Source: a virus | Taxonomy: Duplodnaviria; Heunggongvirae; Uroviricota; Caudoviricetes | Strand: one strand, 5' to 3' | Virus record (IMG/VR): IMGVR_UViG_2713896792_000001 | Location: 1-36,662 of that record | Length of the DNA: 36,662 nucleotides | Shown: piece after piece, positions 10,266 to 20,124 of the stretch | Position numbering within the stretch: the first letter of the stretch is position 1 | Layout of the letters: every line of letters starts with the position of its first letter | Program-made: the position numbers and the translations under genes | The notes under the pieces: model-generated | Told to the model about the DNA's origin: nothing | The model's database searches: none | What the model saw: the letters and a program-made list of their open reading frames with translations, nothing else

Positions 10266-10768
10266 CTGCGTCGTCGCTCCGGCTTCAGTGATTTACGTAA
10301 TTCCCGCGCCAGAAAATAGCGTGTCCAGCTGCGGTTCTTTTCAAGCGTTTCCACCATAAAGTTATTACGTGGAGCCAGCCGCCAGCCGCTGCCACCGGAT
10401 GCACCACGATGATGGCTACGACGACGTTTTGCTCCTCCCCGGACACCAAAAAACAGAAACGCCGGATAGAAGTCACCAGAGATCATCCGGTTCCCCTTCC
10501 CGTTGCGCTGGTTAGGGGCAATGCGTGTCATAAAACCGGCTCGCTTTTTACTGGCTCTCGGCACCATGTAACCAATCGAACGAGCCAGACGTCCGGTCTG
10601 ATAACCGGGATTTTCACCCGGTGCCGACCGCGCACGTCGCATCACCAGCCGACGGGCATCACGCATATGACGCTGCCCAATCGTGACAAACGCCCGCCGG
10701 ACACGGGCGCGGTTAAAGCGCATCTCCGCGGGCTGCTGAACATCAACGTGAAAAAAGGGAGTCGCCAT
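10262..10768 (-). CDS. HK97 gp10-like head-tail joining protein
   Basis: 168-aa basic ORF in the head-tail joining cluster; ATG at 10768. Confidence 0.45.
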   Translation of the reverse strand: MATPFFHVDVQQPAEMRFNRARVRRAFVTIGQRHMRDARRLVMRRARSAPGENPGYQTGRLARSIGYMVPRASKKRAGFMTRIAPNQRNGKGNRMISGDFYPAFLFFGVRGGAKRRRSHHRGASGGSGWRLAPRNNFMVETLEKNRSWTRYFLARELRKSLKPERRRR

Positions 10769-11153
10769 TGCTGCCTCCGTGACTCTGCGTAAATTCGCCC
10801 AGTTCCGTACACTCCAGCAGCAGAAAGCGCCGCGCCCCGTTCAGATCGCGCTGACGTTTCACCCGGTACACACTGTCACCGCAGACCACCTCATAATCAG
10901 CGGTGATCCCCCGGCGGTAGCGAATGGTGATGTAATGGGTGATGGCGTCTCCAGTCTGCGCGGTTTCCTGCCAGGTGGTGGCACTGGTCTGGATAACCTT
11001 CGCCCATGCCCGGAACGCAACCGGGTATTGAGGCTCCACGCCAAAGTTATCCGCGGGCATATCCACCCGCTGGCGGATCAGGACGCGTTTATTCAGTTCG
11101 CCGGGGTCCGGCAGAATGTAGGTTGCGCTGGTCTGCGCCTGACGAATTTTCAT
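10743..11153 (-). CDS. head-tail adaptor / head closure protein
   Basis: 136-aa ORF downstream of the gp6-like connector gene. Confidence 0.45.
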   Translation of the reverse strand: MKIRQAQTSATYILPDPGELNKRVLIRQRVDMPADNFGVEPQYPVAFRAWAKVIQTSATTWQETAQTGDAITHYITIRYRRGITADYEVVCGDSVYRVKRQRDLNGARRFLLLECTELGEFTQSHGGSNGDSLFSR

Positions 11154-11473
11154 AGTGGTATAAGGCGATAAGGAACAACCAACCAGTTAAAACTCATTGG
11201 CAACTCCATTTTCTCAACGTCTGTAACCGTTGAGCGGTTTTCGTAGAAATGGCTGACAAGTAGCAGAAGCGCCAGCTTCACATCATCAGATATCACAAGC
11301 CCATCAGGATCATCCGCAGGCCTGTCATCTGCGGTTGCATACAACTTACGGTTAAGGAAGTTTTCCGTACGACTCTGAGCGGCCTTACCAAGCAGTTCAA
11401 GCAACTCATCTTCATCAGAGAAATCATCATCCAGACGGAGCTGAAGCTTAATCTCTTCCATTTTTAACAGCAT
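11150..11473 (-). CDS. head-tail connector protein (gp6-like)
   Basis: Start moved to Met16 of the track ORF (MLLKMEEIK...), preceded by AGGAGG; first gene after the major capsid gene. Confidence 0.5.
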   Translation of the reverse strand: MLLKMEEIKLQLRLDDDFSDEDELLELLGKAAQSRTENFLNRKLYATADDRPADDPDGLVISDDVKLALLLLVSHFYENRSTVTDVEKMELPMSFNWLVVPYRLIPL

Positions 11474-11551
11474 AAAACCTCCTGTGCCCGCCAGAACGCG
11501 GGCACAAAAAAACCGCATTACGCGGCGTGCTGTATTACGTAAAAAGACTAA

Positions 11552-12781
11552 TCAACCACCAACGCTACCTTTCCCCACCAGCGCTTTAATGGCAGAGGTG
11601 TCTTCCAGGATACAGTCAAAACGATGGAAGGCCAGAAAACCGGTCTGATCATATTCCGCGTAACGCTCAACCAGACGTTTAAGAATCATGTATCGCACAC
11701 GACGGATAATGAAGCGATCAAAGTCACCACAGAACATGAATTTTTTACCCGCCCCGATATCATCAATTTCCTGATCAATGACATACGGTACATTCAACAC
11801 TGAAGCAGGTGCCACACCAACAATATCCGGCAACCATAAAGGGCGTCCCTGACCGTCTTCCATCTCACTGATCAGTTTCAGCGTATTATCGTTAAACGCC
11901 AGGCGGAATTTCGGCCCGCGACGATATGCAGGATCAATGCTGTGTTTCAGAGCCAGAATTTCCTGCCACTTCACCGTATTTGCCGCGGCAGTCTGTGTTG
12001 TGCCGGTCACAGATGCGACCAGCCCTTTGGGTTGTTTAGGCGTACCAGCACCAGTTCCCTGAATCAGATAACGGGCTTCACCACGACCAATACGTTCAGC
12101 AATGCGACGGGCAAGATAAGCTTCCATATCGATCGCGCTGTCCTGCAGCAACTCATTAGACACACGAATGATTTTCGATGTCATTTTGAGCGCCCCAAGA
12201 CTTCCCATACCGAAATCGGTGTCTTCTTCACCGGCTTCTTCATTTTCGCCCAGCAGAACACCAACTTCGGAAGTACCATCAGCTGTTGCCCACTCCATAG
12301 TGCGACCGTCAGAAGTGGTCAGAATCTGCGCCACACTGGCGATGCCACCGTAGGATTTCATCTTCTCAACAACTTTCGCCAGGAATGTTTCTGGTACGGT
12401 ATATCCGCCCTTTTCATCCTGAGCTACACCCTGGGCACGAAGTTCACGCAACGCCTTTCGTTCTTCTGATGTCAGCTCACTGGCACCGTGACGCATCCAC
12501 TTATCAAAAACCTGAGCTCGTTTCTCATCCTGTTGCGGATTGTTTTCCGGATCAAGATTCTGACGCTGCTCTTCCTCATTGCTTTCAATGTACGCCTGAT
12601 CCTGACGACGCAGTTCTTCTTCGCGTGCAATTCGTTCATCAAGCGCTTCCAGTTCGGATTTTGCTTTGTTCCACTCAGTGCGCTGCTCTTCCGTCCATGC
12701 GTTATCACCAATTTTTTCATTCAGGGCGCGCATGTCAGTTGCGATAGTATTACGTTTCTGTTTCAGTTCATGCAGTTTCAT
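11552..12781 (-). CDS. major capsid protein, HK97 family
   Basis: 409-aa ORF immediately after the prohead protease, N-terminal coiled-coil-like delta region (MKLHELKQKRNTIATDMRALNEK...) as in HK97-type capsid precursors. Confidence 0.8.
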   Translation of the reverse strand: MKLHELKQKRNTIATDMRALNEKIGDNAWTEEQRTEWNKAKSELEALDERIAREEELRRQDQAYIESNEEEQRQNLDPENNPQQDEKRAQVFDKWMRHGASELTSEERKALRELRAQGVAQDEKGGYTVPETFLAKVVEKMKSYGGIASVAQILTTSDGRTMEWATADGTSEVGVLLGENEEAGEEDTDFGMGSLGALKMTSKIIRVSNELLQDSAIDMEAYLARRIAERIGRGEARYLIQGTGAGTPKQPKGLVASVTGTTQTAAANTVKWQEILALKHSIDPAYRRGPKFRLAFNDNTLKLISEMEDGQGRPLWLPDIVGVAPASVLNVPYVIDQEIDDIGAGKKFMFCGDFDRFIIRRVRYMILKRLVERYAEYDQTGFLAFHRFDCILEDTSAIKALVGKGSVGG

Positions 12782-12791
12782 GATGTTTCCT

Positions 12792-13394
12792 TTACGCGTT
12801 AAGAAGGGTCAGGACGCGTTCACGCGCCATACGTTGATTAATGGCTTTCTGTAGCGCGCCACTGTTGCGCGCCTCCTGCCATGCTTTCATGGAGCGAACA
12901 GCCGAGTCAGCCTCCTGATAGGCAGGATATGTCACAGGACTGACATCCAGCAGACGGGAAAAGCGGGTTATCTCGCGAATAACAACCCCGTCCTCATCCT
13001 GATACCACTCCTCACCGTCACGGGCGACACGGAAAGCGAAAGATGACTGGTTAATATCTCCACGTTGCATCGGGGCCAGCACCAGATCACGAATGGTCTG
13101 TGTCTCCGGAGCCTGGATGTCATAGCGTAATCCGCGCTCATCAACTGAAAGATTCAGCGTGCCTGCTGCACTACGCCCAAGAATAAAATTAGGATCGTGG
13201 TTAAACAGTGCGCGTACATCATCACCAAGCACATCGTCAAAAGCGCCGGGCCGGATGATTTCGCGGAATGAACCGAATATCAGCTCAGAACGACAGTCAA
13301 ACACCGATCCATAACCGATAATGTGCGCCGGGTTATCGTCATGCCGCTCAGCACGCACCTCACCGCTGTAACAACGGATTTCACGGTCATTCAT
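12792..13394 (-). CDS. prohead protease, HK97 family
   Basis: Start at Met20 of the track ORF (MNDREIR...), ATG overlapping the portal stop (ATGAATGA) and preceded by GAGGGA; sits between portal and capsid. Confidence 0.7.
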   Translation of the reverse strand: MNDREIRCYSGEVRAERHDDNPAHIIGYGSVFDCRSELIFGSFREIIRPGAFDDVLGDDVRALFNHDPNFILGRSAAGTLNLSVDERGLRYDIQAPETQTIRDLVLAPMQRGDINQSSFAFRVARDGEEWYQDEDGVVIREITRFSRLLDVSPVTYPAYQEADSAVRSMKAWQEARNSGALQKAINQRMARERVLTLLNA

Positions 13395-14613
13395 TGGTTT
13401 TTCCCTCATCGTTTTTTGGGGGCTTAAAATCTCCTGCCGGGTTAGCAGCATTCACGCTTACCAGCATCTCATCCAGCCCTTCAACCGGATTCATATCCTC
13501 GAATGCGCGGGCCTCATTACGGCTCATCCATCCATCGGTAATAGCGAAGTGATAGAATTGCGCGCGCTCCTGCGGAGTTCCGCGTAAAAGCCCCGTCAGA
13601 TTGAACCTGACGTAATACCCGGCGGCTAACTCAGCGCGGGTAAACAAGCGACGGTTAAGCTCCTGCTCCCAGTTCGTCACCCACGGCATCATCGTGTAGC
13701 GGACAAACTGAATCGCCTGCGCAGAAATATTGGAGAAGGTGGCTTTTTCGAGGTCATTAATCATGTGCGCAGGAATATTGAAAATACCGGCGATCATTGA
13801 ACGGTTCAGCTTCATCATGTCAATGATCTGAGCGTCAACTGGCGACACAGTCAGTGCCTTGTAATCCAGATCGGCTGGCAGCAGCATGGTTTTGTTTTCC
13901 TGGCGGCGTAACGCCTGCGATGCCTTCTGCCACTGATCTTTAAGCCAGCCCCAGCTTTCCTTATTGAGTCCGCTTTTAACGGATACTATCCCCGCCGGAC
14001 GGGCATTACCGCTGAAGAAGCTTTCTGTGTACTTCTGACCGCTCATCCCCATGCCTATTGTTTCGGCATGTTGCATAATCGGACTCAGCCCCATCTTCTG
14101 ATTATTACCCAGCGCACGGATGTGGATCATATCGTCCGGACTGATCGCAAACGCCCCATATTCGTTGTACAAACCGTAGGTATATCGGCCACCAGTATTC
14201 ATCAGCGTCGTTTCCCACGGCATACAGCAATCCAGGGATATGACTTCACCGCGACGATTACGTTTCACCCAGGTATACCCATTCCCCCAGCCAAGGATGT
14301 GACGTTGCTTCAGTTCGCGCCATTTGTAGCTGGTTTGCCAGGTATTGGGCTCATCATGAACCAGATAAAACGCAGGATGATCGCGTGCGGGTTCAACCTT
14401 CCCCTTGTGCCTGCGCATAACATGCAACGGCATCTGGGCAAGGCTGGAAGACAGGACATAGATACAGGAATACACCGCAGCCAGTTTCATCGCAGTCTCA
14501 GGACTGACATAAACGTCTGCCCGGAACAGCCCATCAGTATCAACGGCATCCCCGGTTATCGGGGTGGAAGGATTCTCCAGTGATTTACTTCTGAACAGAG
14601 CATCAAGCAGCAC
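13387..14613 (-). CDS. portal protein, HK97 family
   Basis: Track ORF 13387-14661 (424 aa, GTG start). A GTG at 14613 is preceded by AAGGGGGA and would avoid overlap with the small upstream ORF; true start unresolved between 14613 and 14661. Confidence 0.7.
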   Translation of the reverse strand: MLLDALFRSKSLENPSTPITGDAVDTDGLFRADVYVSPETAMKLAAVYSCIYVLSSSLAQMPLHVMRRHKGKVEPARDHPAFYLVHDEPNTWQTSYKWRELKQRHILGWGNGYTWVKRNRRGEVISLDCCMPWETTLMNTGGRYTYGLYNEYGAFAISPDDMIHIRALGNNQKMGLSPIMQHAETIGMGMSGQKYTESFFSGNARPAGIVSVKSGLNKESWGWLKDQWQKASQALRRQENKTMLLPADLDYKALTVSPVDAQIIDMMKLNRSMIAGIFNIPAHMINDLEKATFSNISAQAIQFVRYTMMPWVTNWEQELNRRLFTRAELAAGYYVRFNLTGLLRGTPQERAQFYHFAITDGWMSRNEARAFEDMNPVEGLDEMLVSVNAANPAGDFKPPKNDEGKTNE

Positions 14614-14764
14614 GCGTCCCCCTTCTGGCCATAGCCAGTGCGCCCACCAGCAGTAAAGCACCGGACAAAATCAGAGCCGGAGCCATACCAAACTGCAGGT
14701 AAACCCCGCACGTAAGCAGGCCAAAACCAGCCAGCCCGATAACATCAGCAATTAGTGATTTCAT
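14603..14764 (-). CDS. small hydrophobic protein (putative, 53 aa)
   Basis: ATG at 14764 overlaps the terminase large subunit stop (ATGA); translation [53 protein letters not shown], two hydrophobic segments; not in ORF track. Confidence 0.25.
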   Translation of the reverse strand: MKSLIADVIGLAGFGLLTCGVYLQFGMAPALILSGALLLVGALAMARRGTRAA

Positions 14765-16494
14765 AGAATTAAGAGATCATCGTCCGGATCAAGAGATGAG
14801 AGGAAATCGTCAGGTTCTTTGAGCATTGCCCGACCGATCGTCATAATCAGTGCAACCGCACCATCGATTTTGTTTTCCGCCTGCTCCTTGACGGGCTTCA
14901 CTAAATCATCGTTACCTGGCATGTTTTTGCCGACCACATTGCCGATACACCAGGTCATGATGGGATTGCCGTCATGATGAAAGCGTCCCGATTCAATCGC
15001 TGCTTCCAGCTCTTTCATCGGATCGGACATATTGGCGAAGTTCTGGACGATAGTGACGGGATTCAGATCTTCATCAGCAAGGTCATGCGACAGCCCGGTC
15101 GCCCCGAAGGGGTCGATGGGTGACTCACTGACCGGGCTGATTTTGTTCGCCGCTTTGGCCTCCTCGAGGATGTAGCGATAATCCACCTCTGCACCATCGG
15201 TAACGGTCAGAACGCCCATTTCCACCCATTTCTGAAAGCGTTCGGCTGTCCGTCTATCTTCATTTTTCTCGACGCTGTACACCGTGTCATACGGTACCCA
15301 GAAGCGCGGGGCCACACTGTAGTAATGCGTTTTACCGTCAATCTCGCGGGTATAAAGTCGCGCCATGCTGTTCATATCCAGCTTACGCGCCAGGTCAAAG
15401 GCCAGAATGCACGGCTGCCCCTCGAACTGCTCAAGGGTCAGTGATTTATCCTCGCAGCTCTGCCAGCTCACCAGGTTGAAATACGCCGAACGCGCCGACA
15501 CCCAGATATTGAGGTGTTTTGTTTTAAAGACGTTTGCCAGACGGGCGTTATTTTTCGCACGCTGCTGCTGACTTAACAAAAATTCGCGATAAACCGACAC
15601 GCCAATATTTGGATTGGCTTTTTCCAGCACCTGCGGGTCGGTCCAGTCGTCACCTTCATCAACGGTATAGATGATCCCGAACAGTTCATCGTTAGGCACC
15701 GAGCCGTTGAGCATCTCAATGACTTCCCGCCGCTTGTCGTAGCACGGCCCCTCAATGTTGTACCCGGCGGTGGTGATGGCCCACATCAGTGGCTGACGTC
15801 GCGCCCCCATCCCGGTAAGCATTGTGGTATAAAGCGCATCGGTGGCATGCTCGTGATATTCATCAACCACGGCACAGTGGGGTGATGAACCATCACCGGG
15901 GTTACCGATCAGCGGTTCAAACCGCGCGCCATCCTCCGGACGGTTCATGTTTGAAGCGTTAACCTCAATCCCGAACGCTTCCGTCAGCATGGGTGTGCGT
16001 TTACACATCAGTCGCGCCGGGCGAAAGACTTCCCACGCCTGTTTCTCTGTCGTGGCACCGGAATACACTTCCGCGCCAAACTCGTTATCACAGGCAAAAC
16101 AATACAGGGCAACACCAGCAGAGATTGCTGATTTGCCGTTCTTACGGGGGATTTCGGTATACACCTCCCGGAAGCGGCGCAACCGGGTGCCTTTATTGAC
16201 CCAGCCAAACGCACAGCAGATCACAAATAGCTGCCACGGCTCCAGCGTGATGGGCATCCGTTTGAATGCCCACTCACCCTTGGTGTGCGGCAACAGCTGA
16301 ATAAATTTCGCGGCCCGTTCAGCCAGGTCCTTGTCGAAGCGGTAACGAAACGACTTACTTTTTTCCGCCATCAGGTCATCAAGATGGCGCTGGCAGGCCT
16401 GAATCACAAACTGGCAGGCCACAATCTTTCCGCGCACGACATCCCGGGCATACTGATTGGCAGCATTTACGTTGGGGTAAGATTTCCTGCTCAT
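14761..16494 (-). CDS. terminase large subunit
   Basis: 577-aa ORF; start ATG overlaps small-subunit stop (ATGA); position upstream of portal. Confidence 0.85.
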   Translation of the reverse strand: MSRKSYPNVNAANQYARDVVRGKIVACQFVIQACQRHLDDLMAEKSKSFRYRFDKDLAERAAKFIQLLPHTKGEWAFKRMPITLEPWQLFVICCAFGWVNKGTRLRRFREVYTEIPRKNGKSAISAGVALYCFACDNEFGAEVYSGATTEKQAWEVFRPARLMCKRTPMLTEAFGIEVNASNMNRPEDGARFEPLIGNPGDGSSPHCAVVDEYHEHATDALYTTMLTGMGARRQPLMWAITTAGYNIEGPCYDKRREVIEMLNGSVPNDELFGIIYTVDEGDDWTDPQVLEKANPNIGVSVYREFLLSQQQRAKNNARLANVFKTKHLNIWVSARSAYFNLVSWQSCEDKSLTLEQFEGQPCILAFDLARKLDMNSMARLYTREIDGKTHYYSVAPRFWVPYDTVYSVEKNEDRRTAERFQKWVEMGVLTVTDGAEVDYRYILEEAKAANKISPVSESPIDPFGATGLSHDLADEDLNPVTIVQNFANMSDPMKELEAAIESGRFHHDGNPIMTWCIGNVVGKNMPGNDDLVKPVKEQAENKIDGAVALIMTIGRAMLKEPDDFLSSLDPDDDLLIL

Positions 16495-16985
16495 GACTCG
16501 ATGATTTTCAGAAACGGGTTAGTGGCTTTCTTCTGCCCCGCCAGGCCAATCAGACGCTGGCGGCTGCTGGGGTCGAGTCCGAGCATTGCCCCCGTGCTGC
16601 TCATCTCGGACTCCTGTTCTTTCTTGGCGGTCAGCTCCGGGTTTTTGACCATACCGCCCATTGCACCTGTAATGGTGTTGCCCTGGCTGGCAATATTTTT
16701 CACGGCACGTCGCCAGAACTCATAGGCCACGCACCACCGCTCAAGCACCGCGAGGTCAGTCACGCACAGCAGGCCCTGACCGCAGAGTTCTTTGGTTGTC
16801 AGTTGCCACATGATCGTGGCGAGAGGGAGATCTTCTTCAGCGAACCACTCCGGTGGCTCAACACCTTTGATGGGCGTAAAAACAGGTTCATCTTTATTCA
16901 GGGCTCGCTTGCCGGGGTTTCCGGCCAGCGCCTTGCGCGCCGTTGGCTTGGGGCGACGCCCGGAACGCCCCGCCGTTCCAGCCAT
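16491..16985 (-). CDS. terminase small subunit
   Basis: Track ORF begins at GTG 16994; first ATG (Met4, 16985) is preceded by CAGGAG; basic N-terminus typical of small terminase. Confidence 0.65.
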   Translation of the reverse strand: MAGTAGRSGRRPKPTARKALAGNPGKRALNKDEPVFTPIKGVEPPEWFAEEDLPLATIMWQLTTKELCGQGLLCVTDLAVLERWCVAYEFWRRAVKNIASQGNTITGAMGGMVKNPELTAKKEQESEMSSTGAMLGLDPSSRQRLIGLAGQKKATNPFLKIIES

Positions 16986-17029
16986 ATGCGGCACTCCTGG
17001 TTAAATTTCATTTTTCGCGGGTATAAAAA

Positions 17030-17090
17030 AACGATGGGGCGGGCAGTCCGGAAGACGTCAGGTCACAGAGATTTGACCCGCCCCTCCCCT
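17030..17090. other. candidate cos / packaging-site region
   Basis: Non-coding gap between terS and HNH gene with 8-bp inverted repeat GGGGCGGG (17036-17043) / CCCGCCCC (17077-17084). Confidence 0.3.
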
Positions 17091-17110
17091 CAGACAGTTG
17101 AGAGTTATTA

Positions 17111-17461
17111 TCACTTAAGCCGTTCACGGGCCGTCTTCGCCTTATGACACGGCCAGCACAGACTCTGCAGATTACTGTCGGCATCAGTGCCGCCATGTGC
17201 TTTAGGGATGATGTGGTCAACGGTTTTCGCTTCACGCGCCACACCAGCACGCAGACATAACTGACACAGGCCTTTGTCACGTTGCAGCACACGCACACGG
17301 ATAACATCCCACTTAGAACCATAACCGCGTTGATGACGGGATTGTCCTGACTTGTATTGCTTCCAGCCTTCGCTTTTGTGGCTTTCGCAGTAGCCTGACG
17401 GGTCTGTCGTGGTATTACGGCAGCCGCGAACGCGGCAGGATTTTGGAGTTCGAGGGGGCAT
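17111..17461 (-). CDS. HNH endonuclease
   Basis: 116-aa ORF with Cys-rich motifs (CRVRGC, CESH, CQLC, CWPCH) and His residues typical of HNH; adjacent to terminase as in HK97. Confidence 0.75.
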   Translation of the reverse strand: MPPRTPKSCRVRGCRNTTTDPSGYCESHKSEGWKQYKSGQSRHQRGYGSKWDVIRVRVLQRDKGLCQLCLRAGVAREAKTVDHIIPKAHGGTDADSNLQSLCWPCHKAKTARERLK

Positions 17462-17487
17462 AAATATATTCCTGTTCTTTGTCCGAA

Positions 17488-17760
17488 CTATTTGCCTGCT
17501 GCCAGCAAAGCGTTACGGCGCATATCGATACTTCGAATCCCCGCTTTGTCCATATTGCATTGTCCCAACGCCGAAAGCAGGCTCACATTCAGATCCAGAC
17601 TGGCCCCATAGGTCAGCGGCTCGGGAATGACTGGCTGGGGAGTTTCAGTAGTCAGGCTTGCTGGCAACGGTACCGCCGGAATCGGTACGTAAACTGTTCG
17701 CGTACTTCCGCAACCGGTCAGCAGCGGCAGCAGGCACATGACGTGAAGCACAATCATCAT
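17488..17760 (-). CDS. Rz1-like outer-membrane spanin lipoprotein
   Basis: From Met23 of track ORF: MMIVLHVMCLLPLLTGCGS... (signal peptide + lipobox LLTGC), Pro-rich mature region; overlaps the 3' end of the Rz-like gene in another frame. Confidence 0.45.
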   Translation of the reverse strand: MMIVLHVMCLLPLLTGCGSTRTVYVPIPAVPLPASLTTETPQPVIPEPLTYGASLDLNVSLLSALGQCNMDKAGIRSIDMRRNALLAAGK

Positions 17761-18037
17761 CCGCAACAGCCACTTTGATATCTTCCTGGGTTCTCTGTGA
17801 CTCCAGTGCGATCTGCTGTTTTGCATGCTGGTTAGCCTCTATAACTGTATTGATGATTTGCAGTGATTGAAGAACGTTACGGGTAATGGCAGTTGCTGAT
17901 TCAGCATTTCGTACAGCCTCATCAGCACGCTCCTTTTCGTGCTGATATTTGCTGTAGTAATGCCCAGCAGACCAGATGAAGGAACCAATGACGCTAACAA
18001 CGAAGGCAACAATAACCAGCTTATATCTCAGCTTCAT
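17645..18037 (-). CDS. Rz-like inner-membrane spanin
   Basis: 130-aa ORF with N-terminal TM segment (LVIVAFVVSVIGSFIW) followed by charged, probably helical region; directly downstream of endolysin. Confidence 0.5.
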   Translation of the reverse strand: MKLRYKLVIVAFVVSVIGSFIWSAGHYYSKYQHEKERADEAVRNAESATAITRNVLQSLQIINTVIEANQHAKQQIALESQRTQEDIKVAVADDDCASRHVPAAAADRLRKYANSLRTDSGGTVASKPDY

Positions 18038-18497
18038 TTACTACCCCACCAGCTTTTTTAAATCGGGCAATCAGGTCACCGATTTTATGTTCATACTGAC
18101 CGTAACCTGCACCAGGTAACGACGCCCAGATATTGCTGCAACGGTCGATTGCCTGACGAATACTGCCGCGGTCAATCATCGGTAAAGCACCACGCTCTTT
18201 AATCTGCTGCAGAGCTACAGCGTCCTGGCTTTCTGGAGAAAAATCTTTCAGGCCAAGCTGTTTACGGTAAGTATCCCACCAGCGTGAAAGAAGCTGGTAA
18301 CGTCCGGCAGCTGTTGATTTGAGTTTGGGGTTTAGCGTGACAAGTTTGCGAGGGTGATCGGAGTAATCAGTGAACAGTTCGCCACCAACAATAACATCAT
18401 AACCGTGGTTACGTGTCGGCTGTCGCCCGTTATCCGTTCCTTCTGACCATGCCACCATATCCAGGAAAGCTTTACGCTGGGAATTTAGTGCCTGCAT
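18021..18497 (-). CDS. R: endolysin, lambda R-type lytic transglycosylase
   Basis: 158-aa translation aligns along its length with lambda R as I recall it (…QRKAFLDM.AWSEGTDNGRQ.TRNHGYDVIVGGELFTDYSDHPRKLVTLNPKLKST…); strong SD GAAGGAG. Confidence 0.85.
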   Translation of the reverse strand: MQALNSQRKAFLDMVAWSEGTDNGRQPTRNHGYDVIVGGELFTDYSDHPRKLVTLNPKLKSTAAGRYQLLSRWWDTYRKQLGLKDFSPESQDAVALQQIKERGALPMIDRGSIRQAIDRCSNIWASLPGAGYGQYEHKIGDLIARFKKAGGVVNEAEI

Positions 18498-18500
18498 AAA

Positions 18501-18827
18501 TTACTCCTTCGAGCTACCAAATTTGTTACCGATTACTCGCATTGCAGCCCCACGAATAGCATCGACACCGATCAGCCCCACGCCACCACCAATGGCAACA
18601 GAAAGCGATTTAGGCCACCCGACATACTCAAGAGCGGATGCAAAGGTCAGCGTCAGAGCGCCACATAGCAAAATCTCGAGCGTTTTTCGCTTCCAGCCAC
18701 CACCACCGCCAAAATAGGCGATGCGCAAACCAGCCATAACGATCGACATAATCACTGCGCCCAGCGGTGTGTCTCCACGCCACCAGCTCTGGAGCAACTC
18801 CAGCCAGGTATTTGGGTTATGAGGCAT
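18501..18827 (-). CDS. holin (lambda S-like class I)
   Basis: 108-aa ORF immediately upstream of endolysin, three hydrophobic segments and charged C-terminus. Confidence 0.6.
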   Translation of the reverse strand: MPHNPNTWLELLQSWWRGDTPLGAVIMSIVMAGLRIAYFGGGGGWKRKTLEILLCGALTLTFASALEYVGWPKSLSVAIGGGVGLIGVDAIRGAAMRVIGNKFGSSKE

Positions 18828-18978
18828 TTATAGTTATCTCTCACCTTGCTGATACAGCAGGTGCAAATTGAGGGAATATCAGGAACCGCAAATCAGAAGC
18901 GGAAACGTCAAAGAAGCCGAGCAAATGGATAACTGCGGGATAGGCCAAGCCTAGCTAACAGCCGGGCCAGAGACGACA

Positions 18979-19000
18979 AAACCCGCTCATCGGCGGGTTT
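18979..19000 (-). terminator. candidate intrinsic terminator for minus-strand (late) transcription
   Basis: Stem AAACCCGC / GCGGGTTT with 6-nt loop; on the minus strand the hairpin is followed by TTTTGTCGTCT. Confidence 0.3.
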
Positions 19001-19118
19001 AAGCTGCGTGGCGAAGTAACCACTCTTAACACGATACAATACTTTTTGCGTACGCGTTAGTTTTTTATTATTTTGCTTTTTGATATGATTAACGTGGTTA
19101 CAAACAAGGAGAACTGCA

Positions 19119-19382
19119 ATGAGTAACTACCTAGAATTTAAGAAAAAAATTGGTGAATATGCAAATGTTACTCGGTGGGGTTTCCCCTGTACCGAGCGTG
19201 AAATCACTTTGATACAAAATGACATTAACTCCGCGCTTCAAAGTGGTAAAGTTATAAGTCGTAGCATGCTCCAAGGCATTATCAGCCGTCATGTTCCCAA
19301 TACCCAATTCTTAATCACTGAAAGTGTGGACAACTCTGATCTTAACACTGCATTAAGAATGCTGGCACCAAAACAAAAATGA
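19119..19382 (+). CDS. hypothetical protein (moron gene 1)
   Basis: 87-aa ORF, ATG at 19119 with AAGGAG 8 nt upstream; AT-rich by inspection; opposite strand to all flanking phage genes. Confidence 0.5.
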   Translation: MSNYLEFKKKIGEYANVTRWGFPCTEREITLIQNDINSALQSGKVISRSMLQGIISRHVPNTQFLITESVDNSDLNTALRMLAPKQK

Positions 19383-20122
19383 ATAATGATGAGTTTCAGA
19401 TCAGCCCCGACGAAGTAACGTCGGAGCTGACTTCTGCAAAGGAAAGATTTTTACGTGGTATTCAGCCATACGTGCGTAATGGCGGTATATCAAACCTTGC
19501 TGACCTACATGAAGTTCAGCAGCATGCTTCAAAATATTTTAATACCGCTGTTAAGTTAGTTCAAAAAGTAGATTTATGTAAACTGGATGACAATAAGACA
19601 TTCGCCATTTCGTTAGCTGGAGACTGTCGAGCAGTTCTGGAAACTTATTTAGAATACTACGACATGATGGTGGCAAACATTAAACACCTAAAAATTGATC
19701 CAGACAATATTGTATTGTATAGCAAAGATGGTCTATCAAACATTCAAAGAATCATTAAAAAGTACTCATCAAAAGATATTTACACCGCTATTATTGCGGA
19801 ATTTGAGTCTCGAAAATTGCCAATCGATGGATTTACTATAGGTACCCCAATGAATTGGAAATTAATTGTCACTGCTATTATTGGATTTTTAAGTTTTTGT
19901 ATTTTTTTATCAATTACACTGTTAATGCCAGACTTGAATGAGTTTCAAAAGAAAATGATTTCTTCTTTATATTTCATGAGTGCGGCCGTTGGAATATCAC
20001 CATTCATTGCAAATAATATAAAGGTCAATGGGAAGATGGTATTTCGTGGTTCGGAATTTAAAGTATCTGCTATTGGTGGTTTAGCAACATTGATTGTTTC
20101 TTTCATCATCCAAGTAATTTAG
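19379..20122 (+). CDS. hypothetical membrane protein (moron gene 2), soluble N-domain plus three C-terminal TM segments
   Basis: 247-aa ORF, start overlaps gene 1 stop (ATGA); hydrophobic segments WKLIVTAIIGFLSFCIFLSITLLM, SLYFMSAAVGISPFIANNI, VSAIGGLATLIVSFIIQVI. Confidence 0.55.
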   Translation: MNNDEFQISPDEVTSELTSAKERFLRGIQPYVRNGGISNLADLHEVQQHASKYFNTAVKLVQKVDLCKLDDNKTFAISLAGDCRAVLETYLEYYDMMVANIKHLKIDPDNIVLYSKDGLSNIQRIIKKYSSKDIYTAIIAEFESRKLPIDGFTIGTPMNWKLIVTAIIGFLSFCIFLSITLLMPDLNEFQKKMISSLYFMSAAVGISPFIANNIKVNGKMVFRGSEFKVSAIGGLATLIVSFIIQVI

Positions 20123-20124
20123 TA

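Noticed and set aside
11484-11505. Hairpin GTGCCCGC-N6-GCGGGCAC between capsid and connector genes as a terminator
   Set aside because: On the transcribed (minus) strand the U-tract precedes rather than follows the stem, so it is not a canonical intrinsic terminator; it may be an RNA stability or processing element just upstream of the AGGAGG SD
17409-17778. Plus-strand ORFs across the Rz/Rz1 and HNH region (17409-17630, 17479-17778)
   Set aside because: Antisense to the lysis genes, which have a lipobox, TM segment and coupled starts
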